This document shows, piece by piece, positions 27,787 to 40,408 of a DNA stretch of 64,000 nucleotides. The DNA is taken from contig OX597830.1 in assembly GCA_951406725.2 (NCBI GenBank), positions 55,862,001 through 55,926,000 of the forward strand, written 5' to 3'. Source of the stretch: Octopus vulgaris (lineage: Eukaryota). A program made the position numbers and the translations under genes. Below the pieces are notes generated by a model. It was given only the letters and a program-made list of their open reading frames with translations, made no database searches and was not told where the DNA came from. Position 1 is the first letter of the stretch. Each line of letters begins with the position of its first letter.

Positions 27787-28492
27787 ATATATATTTTTCT
27801 CAAGTTCTACATCTATCATCATCATCATCATGTTATGTACATCTTCCAAGCTGGCAACGTAGGTTGGTTAGTTTAACAGGATCTGACAAGCCAGAGGACT
27901 GCACCAGGCTCCAAATTCTCTTCCGGTGTTGCTTTTATGGATGGGCACTGCCTTTTCTAATGGCAACAACTTTACAAAAGTGTATTGGTTGCTTTTTTTT
28001 TGCTTTTTTTTCAAAGCAATAACACTGGTGTTGTTACCATGTAACTCATAAGACAAAAAAACTCCCTCAACTGTGAGAGAGTATGGTAGAATGGGAGATA
28101 GCTTCATGCCATGTTTCAAAGCCATACTTTAGCCTTTCAACACATAACTGCCATCTCTGAAGAGCATAGGGTTACATAATCGGGCTGTTGCTAAACACTA
28201 CATTGAACCCCTAATACAAAACTGATTGGTTAGATCAGCCTTAATATTGTACACTTTGATTAATATATATATATATATGTCCACTCCTCTCTGGATCGCG
28301 CCTTTCTCATCCACATGATCCCAATCATCCTCCTGAAATCGCAACTCCACCGCTGTGGAGGCCTTCCGGGTGGTCATTCCCACTCACGCGGGTACCACTC
28401 AACAACTGCGCGGGTCAATCCAGAGAGAAGTATACAACATGCTGTGACCAGCGGTGTCAAATGGATGCCCGACAGACTGGTCAGTCAAGGTG

Positions 28493-28549
<57 letters not shown>

Positions 28550-29028
28550 GGTGTAGGAGTGGCTGTGTGGTAAGAAGCTTGCTTCCCAACCACATGGTTC
28601 CAGGTTCAGTCGCCTTGTATGGCACCTTGGGCAAGTGTCTTCTACTGTAGCCTCAGGCTAACCAAAGCCTTGTGAGGGGATTTGGTAGACAGAAACTGAA
28701 AGAAGCTCATTGTGTGTGTATTTATTGACCTAAGAAGACTGTCACCAGTGTAACATGAAAACTGACAAAACCAGGAACTTCCAAGGCTTCAGGTTTTATT
28801 TCAGAGATTTCCTTCTCCTAGGTAGATTACCAATGAAAGTTAAAGAGCCTCTACTTGCCCATGAGGTAAGCTATCCCATTTCAGACACCAAACCAACATT
28901 CAGCGTGGAGGTATCTCTTATATACCCTAAATTATAATTTTAATAATTATTATTACCTTTGAAGGTTTTTATTCCCATGCTGGCCACTTGATAAGATTGA
29001 TAATTAAATTAACGATCGTATCCTTATT

Positions 29029-29068
<40 letters not shown>

Positions 29069-29434
29069 TATATATAGTCCAACCTATGCCAGCATGGAAG
29101 AGAGACGATGATGAGATATATACACACCCACGTGTATACATATGTATGTGTATACAAACATATATATATATACATGTATGTCTGTGTGTGTGTGTTATTT
29201 TGTTAAGGTTATTTCCATGGATATTCTATAGAACTTATAGGCAGCACTGATTTTTGCTACGTTTTGTATCGAGACGTCAGATCTAAATAGACAATGCGAT
29301 CGAAGACAAGAGTGTATATGTCACATTTTAGGCTTGTTGCCCCTTCATCAGCACTCATCTAACCCACCACTGCAGCCGAACACATTTCTTATATAGCCAC
29401 CGCATACGACGATGTTAAGTTATCGGATATATCT

Positions 29435-29640
29435 TACTCTTACTCTTACTCTTACTTGTTTCAGTCATTTGACTGCGGCCATGCTGGAGCACCGCCTTTA
29501 GTCGGGCAAATCGACCCCGGGACTTATTCTTTGTAAGCCCAGTACTTATTCTATCGGTCTCTTTTGCCGAACCGCTAAGTGACGGGGGACGTAAACACAC
29601 CAGCATCAGTTGTCAAGCAATGCTAGGGGGACAAACACAG

Positions 29641-29673
<33 letters not shown>

Positions 29674-29846
29674 CACATATATACGACAGGCTTCTTTCAG
29701 TTTCCGTCTACCAAATTCACTCACAAGGCATTGGTCGGCCCGGGGCTATAGCAGAAGACACTTGCCCAGGATGCCACGCAGTGGGACTGAACCCGGAACC
29801 ATGTGGTTGGTTAGCAAGCTACTTACCACACAGCCACTCCTGCGCC
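29435..29846 (-). mobile_element. SINE family A, full length
   Basis: 5' ggcgcaggagtggctgtgtggtaag, 3' (aagagt)n tail. Sits between the inverted arms 29195-29362 and 29861-30031. Confidence 0.88.
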
Positions 29847-30229
29847 TGTCTATTTACATATTAGATGCATTGCTGGTGTTGACATACAAACAACCCTCAA
29901 AATATGGCATATACACTCATTACCCACTTCTGTCTTCGATCACATTGTCTGTTTACATCTGATGCTTCAATACAAAATGTAGCAAAAATCAGTGCTATAG
30001 AATATCGGTAGAAATGACCTTAACAAAATAATGTAAGAGCACTGCTATAGCAACAGAACACGGTACTGACTTATGAAAACTTTTAGTATACCTTATAGTA
30101 TATTTTGTTTGCATAACAAAGTAACATGTACCTACAAATCTTTACTGTGTATATATATATATTTATATAAATATATATATATATCATCATCATCGTTTAA
30201 CGTCTGTCTTCTATACATGCAATGGGTAG

Positions 30230-30269
<40 letters not shown>

Positions 30270-30463
30270 TAAAAACAGTAAGATAACAAAAGAAAGAAAG
30301 AGACCTCAATATTATGTAAATAGAGGAATTTATCTGTAAAATAATATGTGACAATTATACGGTTGCCAAGATAAAAGAGATGGTGGTGTGGATTTCCACC
30401 TCGGCATCTGAAACTCAGAGTTTTATCTTGGCTACCGTATAATTGTCACATATTATTTTACAG

Positions 30464-30503
<40 letters not shown>

Positions 30504-31461
30504 ATGTATTGAATTATAAGATACATATGTATGCTATTAAGGTTCTCATTTTGTTATATGAATAAATAATTCAACATTCTAATATCCGAAAGCTGATGAA
30601 CAAACTAAATTGTTTCTCCATTTTCTTATTTGTATTATATATATATAAAATAATAATAATAATAATGAGGGAATATTATTCCAAACTTACAGGGAAAAGT
30701 TCCTACCTATCACACTAACCTATTACATACGTCTATTCATAGAAATTTAACATCCTTGTATTCTTCCGTCTACTTTAAATTTACAACTAAAACTACTACT
30801 CACTTGGTATCACGCCACCCATATCTTTTCTCTACCCATCCCGCAATACAGCCATATAATATCAACCCTACTCATATATCTCACACTTATTCACTCCTTA
30901 CCTTCTCATCTCTTCCTATCCACCCCTCCCCACGCCTCTCCCACCCTCACCTCACATTATCTTGACCAGGAACTAACACTCCTTTTCTTACTTCATTCAC
31001 CCTTTCTTCACTTTTTTTTTCTCTTTTTTTTTCTCACTTTTTACTATTTTTTGTCCATTTTCTCTTTTTTTTCTCTTCTTATCTTCATTTTGACCTATCT
31101 CCCTCATTCTAATCATACACATCCCCCACATACACATCTATTCACAAATACTACCAATGCATTCTCAAATTTTCATTCTCACCACAAAACCCCTTCGAAT
31201 GAGCAACACAGAATCCACAGCTCCATACTTTGAAATGACTAAACATGAACTACTATTGGAATTTACATACCATGTACAGGACACTTTTTTACCACTTCTA
31301 TACACCACTTTACGTGAATAGTGGAAGTGCAACTACAATATTTTAAATTTCATTTCTACTTTCATTCTCTTATTTCCCTCTATATTCCCTAGCTCCTCCT
31401 TTTCCATAATAATTCCTTATTTCAAACACAAACATTTACCTCTATTCAACTATCTCACATT

Positions 31462-31509
31462 GTCTCTGATGAAGGGATATCCATAATATCCCAGAAACAG
31501 CTGTAAGAC
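31462..31509 (+). ncRNA. Minimal type I hammerhead ribozyme (Penelope-associated type)
   Basis: gtct|CTGATGA|a gggatat-ccata-atatccc a|GAAA|cagctg|TA|agac. Stem I gtct/agac, 7-bp stem II, palindromic stem III ACAGCTGT, GUA cleavage triplet. One A.A mismatch at the base of stem II. Confidence 0.8.
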
Positions 31510-31689
31510 TATATATCTCTTTCCTTATAAATGTCCTGAAAACTCCTCACAGCCTTGGCTTTGTTATCTCTTTTTGTCTTAGATATATACACACACACAC
31601 ACACATACATATGAGAAGTTAGTATATATACATAGACAATTGAATCATACACCTATTATATAGAGGGATTTGGCTGACAATATTAGTAA

Positions 31690-32480
31690 ATGGGCATCCT
31701 CATTATCTACTTTCATGAGTATTACTAGGTATTAAATGAAACACTTAGAAATAGGTTTCAGATTAGACATGTAAAGAACACTGGGAATACAGAGTGTAAG
31801 AAAAAGAATAGGAAAAAGAATATTTTATGGTATAACCCACGTATAACATGGCAATAAAAACTAATATAGCTAGAGAATTTTTTGATTTAATAGATCAGCA
31901 TTTTCTGCCAGGGTATAAGTAGAGAAAAATATTGAATAGGAACTGTGTTAAGGTTAGCTATTCAGCATTAAAAAAAAATTTAGGAGTTATATCAGAGGTT
32001 ATAATGCTGCAAAACTGAATAGAAGAGAGATTCAAACAGCCAGCCAGCAAAGATCAAGCAACTGTAGAATTCATGAGAACTGTCCACAAGTCAGTGACTG
32101 TCTGTCAAAGTCAATATTATACAGTGCAAAGGTCAAATTAAACTGGAGTGAACAACCTAAAACATAATAGGGTAACAGAACTTACATTAAAAAACTGTTA
32201 TTACACACATAAACATCCACTCAGCCCTGACAGAAAATGTGCTATGGCTTTGTTGAAGTTTATATGGTTCTTGCATGAGATATATCCTCATGAATTCACA
32301 ATTACCTGGTCTGTTTTAGATAATGCACAACCTTACATAAACAGGAGCTTCACACCAAAGATGACCTTTATATGAGAAAAAACCTCAGAATTATGATTCA
32401 AAGCACCAATGGTTTGAGGAAAAGAAACAAAATGTTAATGCCGTATAAGAATGCAGCAGAGTATCTTTTGTACAAAACAT
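31690..32480 (+). mobile_element. Degraded Penelope-like element (linker + GIY-YIG region)
   Basis: Frameshifted translation RKKNILWYNP/YNMAIKTNIAREFFDLIDQHF...ILNRNCVKVSYS...NCRIHENCPQVSDCLSKSILYSAKV...FTITWSVLDNAQPY, a motif pattern typical of PLE C-termini. Confidence 0.75.
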
Positions 32481-32534
32481 GCCTCCTTAACTTTTGTTAT
32501 GGTTCAGAATATAAATGGTTTTCAAAATGTTTAA

Positions 32535-32754
32535 CACTTTATCGTTCAGATTACTCTGTCAAACACAATGCTTTTTCATTCACATTGTTTTGAATTAATC
32601 CTGCATTATCTTGTTTCTCTGAGAATTTGATGATGTGATGGTTTATTATGAAGATGTCATTGTAGGATATGAGTGAGAGGCCAGATCTAGATGGTTTGAA
32701 CATAAAAGAAGTAGAAAATTTGGGCCGGATATGGCCGGTTTGAATGCTAAAGGG
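32535..32754. mobile_element. piggyBac-type MITE (TTAA-flanked)
   Basis: TTAA at 32531 and 32755, ends cactttatcgttca / tgaatgctaaaggg. An inverted copy lies at 59712-59932 and a partial one at ~57838-57950. Confidence 0.7.
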
Positions 32755-33740
32755 TTAATAGGTTTTATTACTGTATGTTTTAATATGTGCACATGTTTAT
32801 GTGCAAGTATATGTAAATGTGTATGTATATATGTCATCATCATCATCATCAACATTTAACATCCATTGTCCATGCTGGCATGGGTTGAACAGTTTAACTG
32901 GGCTAGCATGCTGGAAGGCTGCACCAGGATCCAGTCTAATTTGGCATGGTTTTCTATGGCTGGATGCCCTTTCTAATGCCAACCACTCTGAGAGTGTAAT
33001 GGGTGTTTTTATGTGCCACCGGTATCTGCCATGACTACAATTTTGCTCGATTTGATAGGACTTCTTCTCAAGCATGACATAATGCCAAAGGTCTTGGTCA
33101 TTGCCTCCATGAGGCCCAACATATGAAAGGAACTCAGCCACTTAGTCTTATTCATGTGTACATGAACATATAATTCTGTGTATATATGTGTGTCTACGAG
33201 TGTAGATATGTCTATATGTATGTTGTATTTGTACAGGTGCATGCAAAATGAACACCTGAAAACACACTGTTTTTAAAAACATTAATTTAAAAGTAGTACT
33301 TAAAAGTATTATTTTAAAGTAATATTATTATCATTTTTGCTTAAACAGCAATGGAATTTCATCACTTCAATTGCATGGAGTTTATAACATTTATAATAAT
33401 ACTACCACAAAAACCAGAAATGAAATGCAAAAGCGAGAGCTTGAAACAGCCATTTTTGCATGTGTCATTCACAAAAGTTTTTGAATCTCGCCGGTGGCAC
33501 GTTAAAAGCACCAACTGATCGTGGCCGCTGCCAGACTCCCCTGGCACCTGTGCCGGTGGCACGTAAAAAGCACCCACTACAATCGAGGAGTGGTTGGCGT
33601 TAGGAAGGGCATCCAGCTGTAGAAACACTGCCAGATCAGACTGGAGCCTGGTGCAGCCCCTGGCTTCCCAGACCCCGGTCGAACCGTCCAACCCGTGCTA
33701 ACGCGGAAAACGGACGTTAAACGATGATGATGATGATGAT

Positions 33741-34115
33741 ATATAAAGCTGAAGTTGTCTGTGTGTGGCAGCCTTCAACTAACACTATCTCCTCCGAGAC
33801 CCTGTGGCAGAAGTTGACCAAAATTGAGAGTATGATAGAAGAAGGCTTGCTCTTCCTTCCATAGAAGAAAAAATTCAAATCGGACCATGTTAACACCAAA
33901 AATTATTTACATCAAAAAGGTGCTTTTTTTTCTATGAAAATTCCTGTTTTTTATGATTTTATGACTGCTGTGTCGCCATTTTTCGGTGTATTTCAACCAG
34001 AAAAATGTTCATTTAAGGAGAATATCAAGATACATAATGCAAAATTGTTACTTTTCAAAAATTCCAATTCTAAAGGGTCGAAACAAACCCGAGTAATGCC
34101 GGGCGATACTGCTAA
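33741..34115 (+). mobile_element. Helitron-like non-autonomous element, second family
   Basis: atataaagctgaagttgtctgtgtgt start, 3' cccgag-taa-tgccgggcgatactgcta (degenerate hairpin + CTAG-like end). Confidence 0.55.
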
Positions 34116-34486
34116 TGAAAGAATATAAGGATGAGCATTTTTATCAAACTTTCATTTCATATTTGAAAAAAATATTCAGAGAGTGTATATTCCAAAGAAA
34201 ACCAGGCTTGGTTTACTACCTGATGACTGGAAACAAGCAACTCTGAGTATTGGAAATTGGAGCCTTTCAGCTATTATCTACTCTGTGTGTGTGTGTGGAT
34301 ATGAACTTTGCTTTATAACTACATGGTCTCAGGCTCTATCCCACAATATGGCAGGTACCTTGGGCAATTGTCTTCTACAATAGTTTCTGACCAACCAAAG
34401 CTTAGTGAACAAAAGTAGTAGTTAGAAACTATACAGAAGCCTCACTCTCTCTCTCTATCTGTATGTGTGTGTGTGTATATATATAT

Positions 34487-34521
<35 letters not shown>

Positions 34522-34959
34522 AAACATTGTGTATCTTCTCTCACCCTCACACTTTTCATAACACTTCTCTACTTCTCATCTAACTAGTTGTACTGTTGCT
34601 CTCTATCTACTCCCACTTTTTATGTACTACCACCTCTCACCTCCTCCTCCTTTATCCGCTGTGGTTTTCCTTACTTTCCCCCCAAATGGAGATCCATCAC
34701 TGTCGTTGCCTCCATTCAATGCATTTACTTCTATCCTCATCTCTACTCTCCATCATTCTCCTTTCATACTCTCACAAACCTATCCACCCAGTTATCCTCC
34801 ATTGTGGCCCTATCCTCTCTTTATCCATCTTCTTGTACCATGAGAATATGCCCTGTCACCTCATCTCCACCATCCTTTCTCTCTTTTCTGCTGGGGTAAC
34901 CATGCATTTACTCTATAGAAAGATACCTATTCCTGCCTCTCTATAATACTCTAGCCTCT

Positions 34960-35360
34960 TGTAACAGGATGAGAGATTCCGGCACTGGATTGGTGCTGCC
35001 CGCATCCTTTACATTAAATATTAATTGAAGAAAGAGTCAAGATTTTCCGTCAACTTCAACAGTATAAATATTTATTCTTTGATTTGCAATATAAACATTT
35101 CCTTCCTCTGGGTGAATCGGCAACCTAGGAGCTTATCAGCAGTAGTCAAGTGGAGTGAGTTAATCCTGCCCGTTCAAGCATAGCGGGGATGCGCCACGAG
35201 GTAGCAGCTCGAGTGAGCTGCTGGAGACTTTCGCTGAGACAAGAGAATTTTGCTGCTGCTAGTTTTCTGCGCATGCGCATGAGTGAACTTCCAGCAGGCC
35301 TTCCGGTAGATTCCAACCCTGCGCATGCGTGCTGGAGATTTCCAAGATGGCGTCACTACA
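34960..35360 (-). mobile_element. Solo LTR (401 bp; Gypsy-like by its 4-bp TSD)
   Basis: TGTA...TACA termini and a CTCT TSD at 34956-34959 and 35361-35364. AATAAA on the minus strand near 35071; CpG-rich U3-like half. Confidence 0.85.
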
Positions 35361-35988
35361 CTCTCAACACCTAACACAAAGCTACCTCCCTCAATATTAC
35401 ACTCCTATTCCGTGAAAAGGTCTTGTCTTACAAGTTACTTGGTTACCTCATAAGTGCTGGTACCATGAAAAAGTATTCAGTACACCCTAAAAAGAGGTTA
35501 GTATTAGGAAGGGCATCCAGTTGTAGCAACTTTGCCAGAGCAGACACTGGACCTCACCACAGCTCTGAGAGTCACAGGACTGTGTCAAACCATCCTACCA
35601 ATGCTAGTATGGAATAGGGATGTCAAATGATGTGATATTCTTTATGTCTGGTTTCCATGCTAGCATGAGTTGCACAGTTTGCCTGAGGACCATGTTGCCC
35701 CAATGTCTCATCTTTGGAATGGGTCCTACAGCTGGATGCTCTTCATAACACCAACCATCTTACAGATGGTATTAGGTGCATTTTTTTTTTTCGTGTGTGT
35801 GGTACCAGCTTTATAGGGGCTGCCTTGTCATCATAAAGACTAAAACACTCTCTCAAGCCTATATTGTTTCTGTTAAAATTTATTACCAGTTACTAAGAGT
35901 GTACCGGGTAATTTTGTGGTTCCAGCACTCTTGGGTTTGGGATGCCTCACAGCTTGCAAGATAAAAGAAAGCATCTTATGATGAAAGA

Positions 35989-36039
<51 letters not shown>

Positions 36040-36952
36040 ACCCTTAGTTGTGGTGTAAATGTTAAACATTTCATCTCTTAACAACACTTCAGTTCGTCAT
36101 CCCCCGATGCTCAGCATTTCAAGAGCAACGGAAAGAAACAAAAACCCCTTACTTGAAAACAAGTAAGGGTTAGTGACAGGAAGAGCATCTGGCTGCAAAA
36201 TTCTAACTCCAATAAGTTTCCTTCCAACTCATGCCAAAATAGGAAAACAAACACAAAACAAACTAAATGAATATATGTGTGTGTGTGTGATTTTTGTACC
36301 TATGTATTTGTGTCTTTGTGAGAAGTTGGGCAAACAAACAATTGATAAAATAAACTTATTTATATTAAGTACTAGGGTAATGGGGTGGGAGTCAATATAA
36401 CAATATATGGATAATTAGAGTCTGATAATTGAAAGCAATATAAAAATACACACACACGTATATACATATGTTTACATGTACAAAAATATATTGCACATCC
36501 CTACGTATTTATTGACATACATATACACATATGAATTTTTATTTATGTATATATGTACATTTGAAGACATATACAAACATATGTACATACACACATACAC
36601 TACTGAATTTTGCACTTTAGAAGTCATTTTTGCCACTATATATAGATAATATGTATGAGTGTATAGATATAGATTTTATCATCAGTACTTAATATTTGCT
36701 TTTCATGCTAGCATGGGTACATGTGTGTTTGTATAAACACACATATACAATATGTGTGTGTGTGTGTGTGTATACACACACACATATATATACATCTACA
36801 CACACATGTAAATATATACGTATTTATAAATATATGTGTATACATATACACATGTATAAATACACACCCATATATATGCACACACACTTATCCATCCATA
36901 AATATATATTATAAACAAAGAGGGAAAAGTGAGCATTAAATGATGATGATGA

Positions 36953-36991
<39 letters not shown>

Positions 36992-36998
36992 CATAAAC

Positions 36999-37892
36999 TA
37001 TAAACCGACAGACTCTAAACAGTACCTACCCTTTGATTCATGCCACCCACGACACACTAGAATGAATGTCCCTTTTTGTTTAGCTAGAAGGATTTGCACC
37101 ATAATATCAGACACAAACACCCGACACACACGTCTCCAGGAACTTAGAACCACACTCACAAATAGAAACTATCCACAGCCCCTAATAGACAGTGCAATCC
37201 AACGGGTACTTAAATTAAGTATAGAAGACCTGAGACAAACAAAACCAAAAAAGAAAGAACAATTAAAAACCCTTCCCTACATCTCTACACACAACCCACT
37301 CAACAATGAGGCCTTCAACACCATACTACAAAGCACAGCCCTACTAAAGGGAGACCCAAAGATGAACCGGATCCTCGAAACACACACCATCATTAAAAGT
37401 AAACGGCAACCAAAATCCTTGAAAAGGATTTTAACCCAAGCTACACTGCACTCAACATCAACCACAAAACCAGCAGTTAGAAAATGTGGAAGGCCCAACT
37501 GCGGAATCTGTGTCATCTTGAAAGAAGGATCAGAATTTATACTGGAACAAGGCCACCAGTTCACCATTAGAACAAACTTCACCTGCGCATCAGAAAACTT
37601 AATTTACGTCATAACATGCGCAGGCTGCAATAGGCAGTATATAGGCCATACAAAAAATAGCTTACGTAACAGGATGGCGGTGCATAAATCACAAATTAGA
37701 AACCCTGATTACCACAAAATACCGGTCAGCGGACACATAGATAGATGTGCTGGAAATGTAAATCCGAAATTTACAACTAACCCGCTCTATAAATTCAGTG
37801 ACAACGCAACCTTCACACAACGTCAAAATAAAGAACTGTATTTCATAAAAAAATTTAGACCAAGTTTAAACACCCTGGGCCAGGAATATTAA
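36999..37892 (+). mobile_element. Penelope-like element (Neptune-like), 5'-truncated ORF: RT thumb, Cys linker, GIY-YIG endonuclease
   Basis: The uninterrupted frame starts upstream of the called ATG: YKPTDSKQYLPFDSCHP (end of RT), linker CGRPNCGIC, then LIYVITCAGCNRQYIGHT..SLRNRMAVH...H...E..FIKKF.PSLN. It abuts a (TA)n tract at its 5' end. Confidence 0.93.
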
Positions 37893-38064
37893 AACAAAAG
37901 ATCAGTCCTCCGAAAAGGAGAAGCAAAATTCCACCACGGCCGCTACCTTAAACAGTCACTCGCACTGACGGAAATATGCCTTAGTAAAAAAGGAAAAAAA
38001 TTCTTTCGTGCAAATCTGACCCTGATGGACTGACCACATACGATACAGCTAAGGGTCAGACCCG

Positions 38065-38730
38065 ATTCTGATTGGTCAACACGCTGATGACATCTAGTTC
38101 TGCTAGAATGGACAGGATACAAACAGGGTGCAGAGATTAGTCAGAATATTGATGACGTACCTTTCTGCTTGACTAGTCACCTAACAAAATACAGACAGGG
38201 GGCAGATCTAATGCAGCTATAAGTCGTGATTGGGCAGAATCTTGATGACGTCCCGTTCTGCTTGACTAAGCCACCTAACGAAACGACTGGTCAAAACAGA
38301 AAACAGACAAGAGGCAGTTATAATACAGCGATAGGTCACAATTGGTCAGAATGCTGATGATGTCCCGTTCTGCTTGACTAAGCCACCTAACGAAAAGGGG
38401 CAGATCTAATACAGCTATAAGTCGTGATTGGTCAGAATCATGATGACGTCCCGTCCTGCTTGACTAAGCCACCTAACGAAACGACTGGTCAAAACAGGAT
38501 ACAGACAAGAGGCAGTCATAATACAGCAATAGGTCACGATTGGTCAGAATGTTGATGACGTACCGTTCTGCTTGACCTAAGCCACCTAACGAAACGATTG
38601 GTCAAAACGTTGATGACGTCACGCTACGCTGGACTGACCACCTAACAGACATTATAAAACCCGAACAACTCACAAGACTCACTAGAATCACCCAGCGAAC
38701 ATCCACCATAGGTCATCACAATTGCTCAAG
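38065..38730 (+). promoter_or_regulatory. Putative Penelope pseudo-LTR promoter: 7 tandem CCAAT+CRE modules, TATA, Inr, short first exon
   Basis: ATTGGTC..TGATGACGT-like modules at ~38070, 38135, 38228, 38340, 38426, 38538, 38596. Perfect TGACGTCA at 38614, TATAAAA at 38653, TCACT at 38679, donor AAG|GTAAAA at 38730/1. Confidence 0.65.
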
Positions 38731-39015
38731 GTAAAAATGAATTCCTCGCTCTTTCGGGAACATCAATCTTCTGTATTGACTACTTTCCACCACTTTGATC
38801 TGTTTTTTGTATTGAATACGTATCGCCACCGTGGGCCACTGCATCGAACACTTTGAACATATAGCATGAATGAACTTACTTCAAACTATATTTGAACTTT
38901 AAAGATGTCTGACTCCGTTGTGTATTATAAATGAATTTCTTGTGTTTGACGGCATGAACTGTCTTTTTTTATATATAACTCTTTTTGATAAGGTTCATTT
39001 CAGGAACTGAAACAT

Positions 39016-40050
39016 AGGCAGAATGTATGATGCGTGTGTACGAACAGCCATGCTACATGGCAGTGAAACATGGGCCGTGACTGCTGAGGATATGCGTAAG
39101 CTCGCAAGAAATGAAGCCAGTATGCTCCGATGGATGTGTAATGCCGGTACTCACACTCTGCAGAGTGTAAGTACCTTGAGAGAAAAGCTGGACCTAAGAA
39201 GCATCAGTTGTGGTGTGCAAGAGAGACGTATGCGCTGGTATGGTCATGTGGCGAGAATGGATGAAGATAGTTGTGTGAAAAAGTGCCACACCCTAGCGGT
39301 TGAGGGAACCTGTGAAAGAGGTAGACCCAGGAAAACCTGGGACGAGGTGGTGAAGCACGACCTTCGAACTTTAGGTCTCACTGAGGAAATGACTAGAGAC
39401 CGAGACCTCTGGAAGTGTGCTGTGCGCGAGAAGACCCGGCAGGACAAGTGAGTCCATAACCCGTGGCCTTCTACATGGGATGGAGCCAGCCTACGTATGC
39501 ATACCTTCCCTTCTTGGGACACAAAACTCTACTTGTGAAGACGTGTTGAGGCAAGTGAGGATCAGAATCGAAATCGATCAATGGAAATTGCGGATGTGTT
39601 ACCAGTGCCGGTGGCATGTCGAAACTCTACTTGTGAAGACCCATTGAGGCAAGTGAGGATCAGAATCGAAATCGATCAATGGAAATCGATCAATGGAAAT
39701 TGCAGATGTGTTACCAGTGCCGGTGGCATGTAAGAGAACTTTCCGTTTCGCGACCGTTGCCAGCACCGCCCCGTTTCGTGTCCGTTGCCAGCCTTGCCTG
39801 GCCCTCGTGCCGGTGGCACATAAAAAGCACCATCCGTTCGTGGCCGTTTGCCAGCTCTGTCTGGCACCAGTGCGGGTGGCACGTAAAAAGCACCCACTAC
39901 ACTCACGGAGTGGTTGGCGTTAGGAAGGGCATCCAGCCGTAGAAACACTGCCAGATTTGACTGGGCCTGATGAAGCCTTCTGGCTTCACAGACCCCAGTT
40001 GAACCGTCCAACCCATGCTAGCATGGAAAATGGACGCTAAACGATGATGA
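39016..40050 (+). mobile_element. RTE LINE 3' end (intact 142-aa C-terminal ORF + full 3' UTR with (ATG)n tail)
   Basis: YDACVRTAMLHGSETWAVT...LRWMC...R.RWYGHVARM...GRPRKTWDEVVKHDL...DRDLW. The 3' UTR carries a ~100-bp duplication (39524-39731) and ends ggacgctaaacgatgatg. Confidence 0.92.
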
Positions 40051-40362
40051 TCATGATGATGATATAAAAATTAAAAATTGTATAATATAGCAGCATTTTC
40101 GAACTTCATTTTTTACAAATATATACATACATATATATATACATACATATACACATACATATACATACATATACACATATACATATATATACACATATAT
40201 AGACATATATATATACATACATATATACACATATATATATATATATATACATATACACATATATATACATACATATATATATATATACATACATAGCATG
40301 GCCACAGCTCATTAGCTGAAACTGGAAAAATCAAAATCAAAATCATACATACATATACATAT

Positions 40363-40408
<46 letters not shown>

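Noticed and set aside
38065-38650. Tandem units as a CRISPR array or as hammerheads (ctgatga...gaaa)
   Set aside because: Eukaryotic context with no unique spacers or cas genes. No pairing stem II/III between CTGATGA and GAAA. Better explained as promoter modules.
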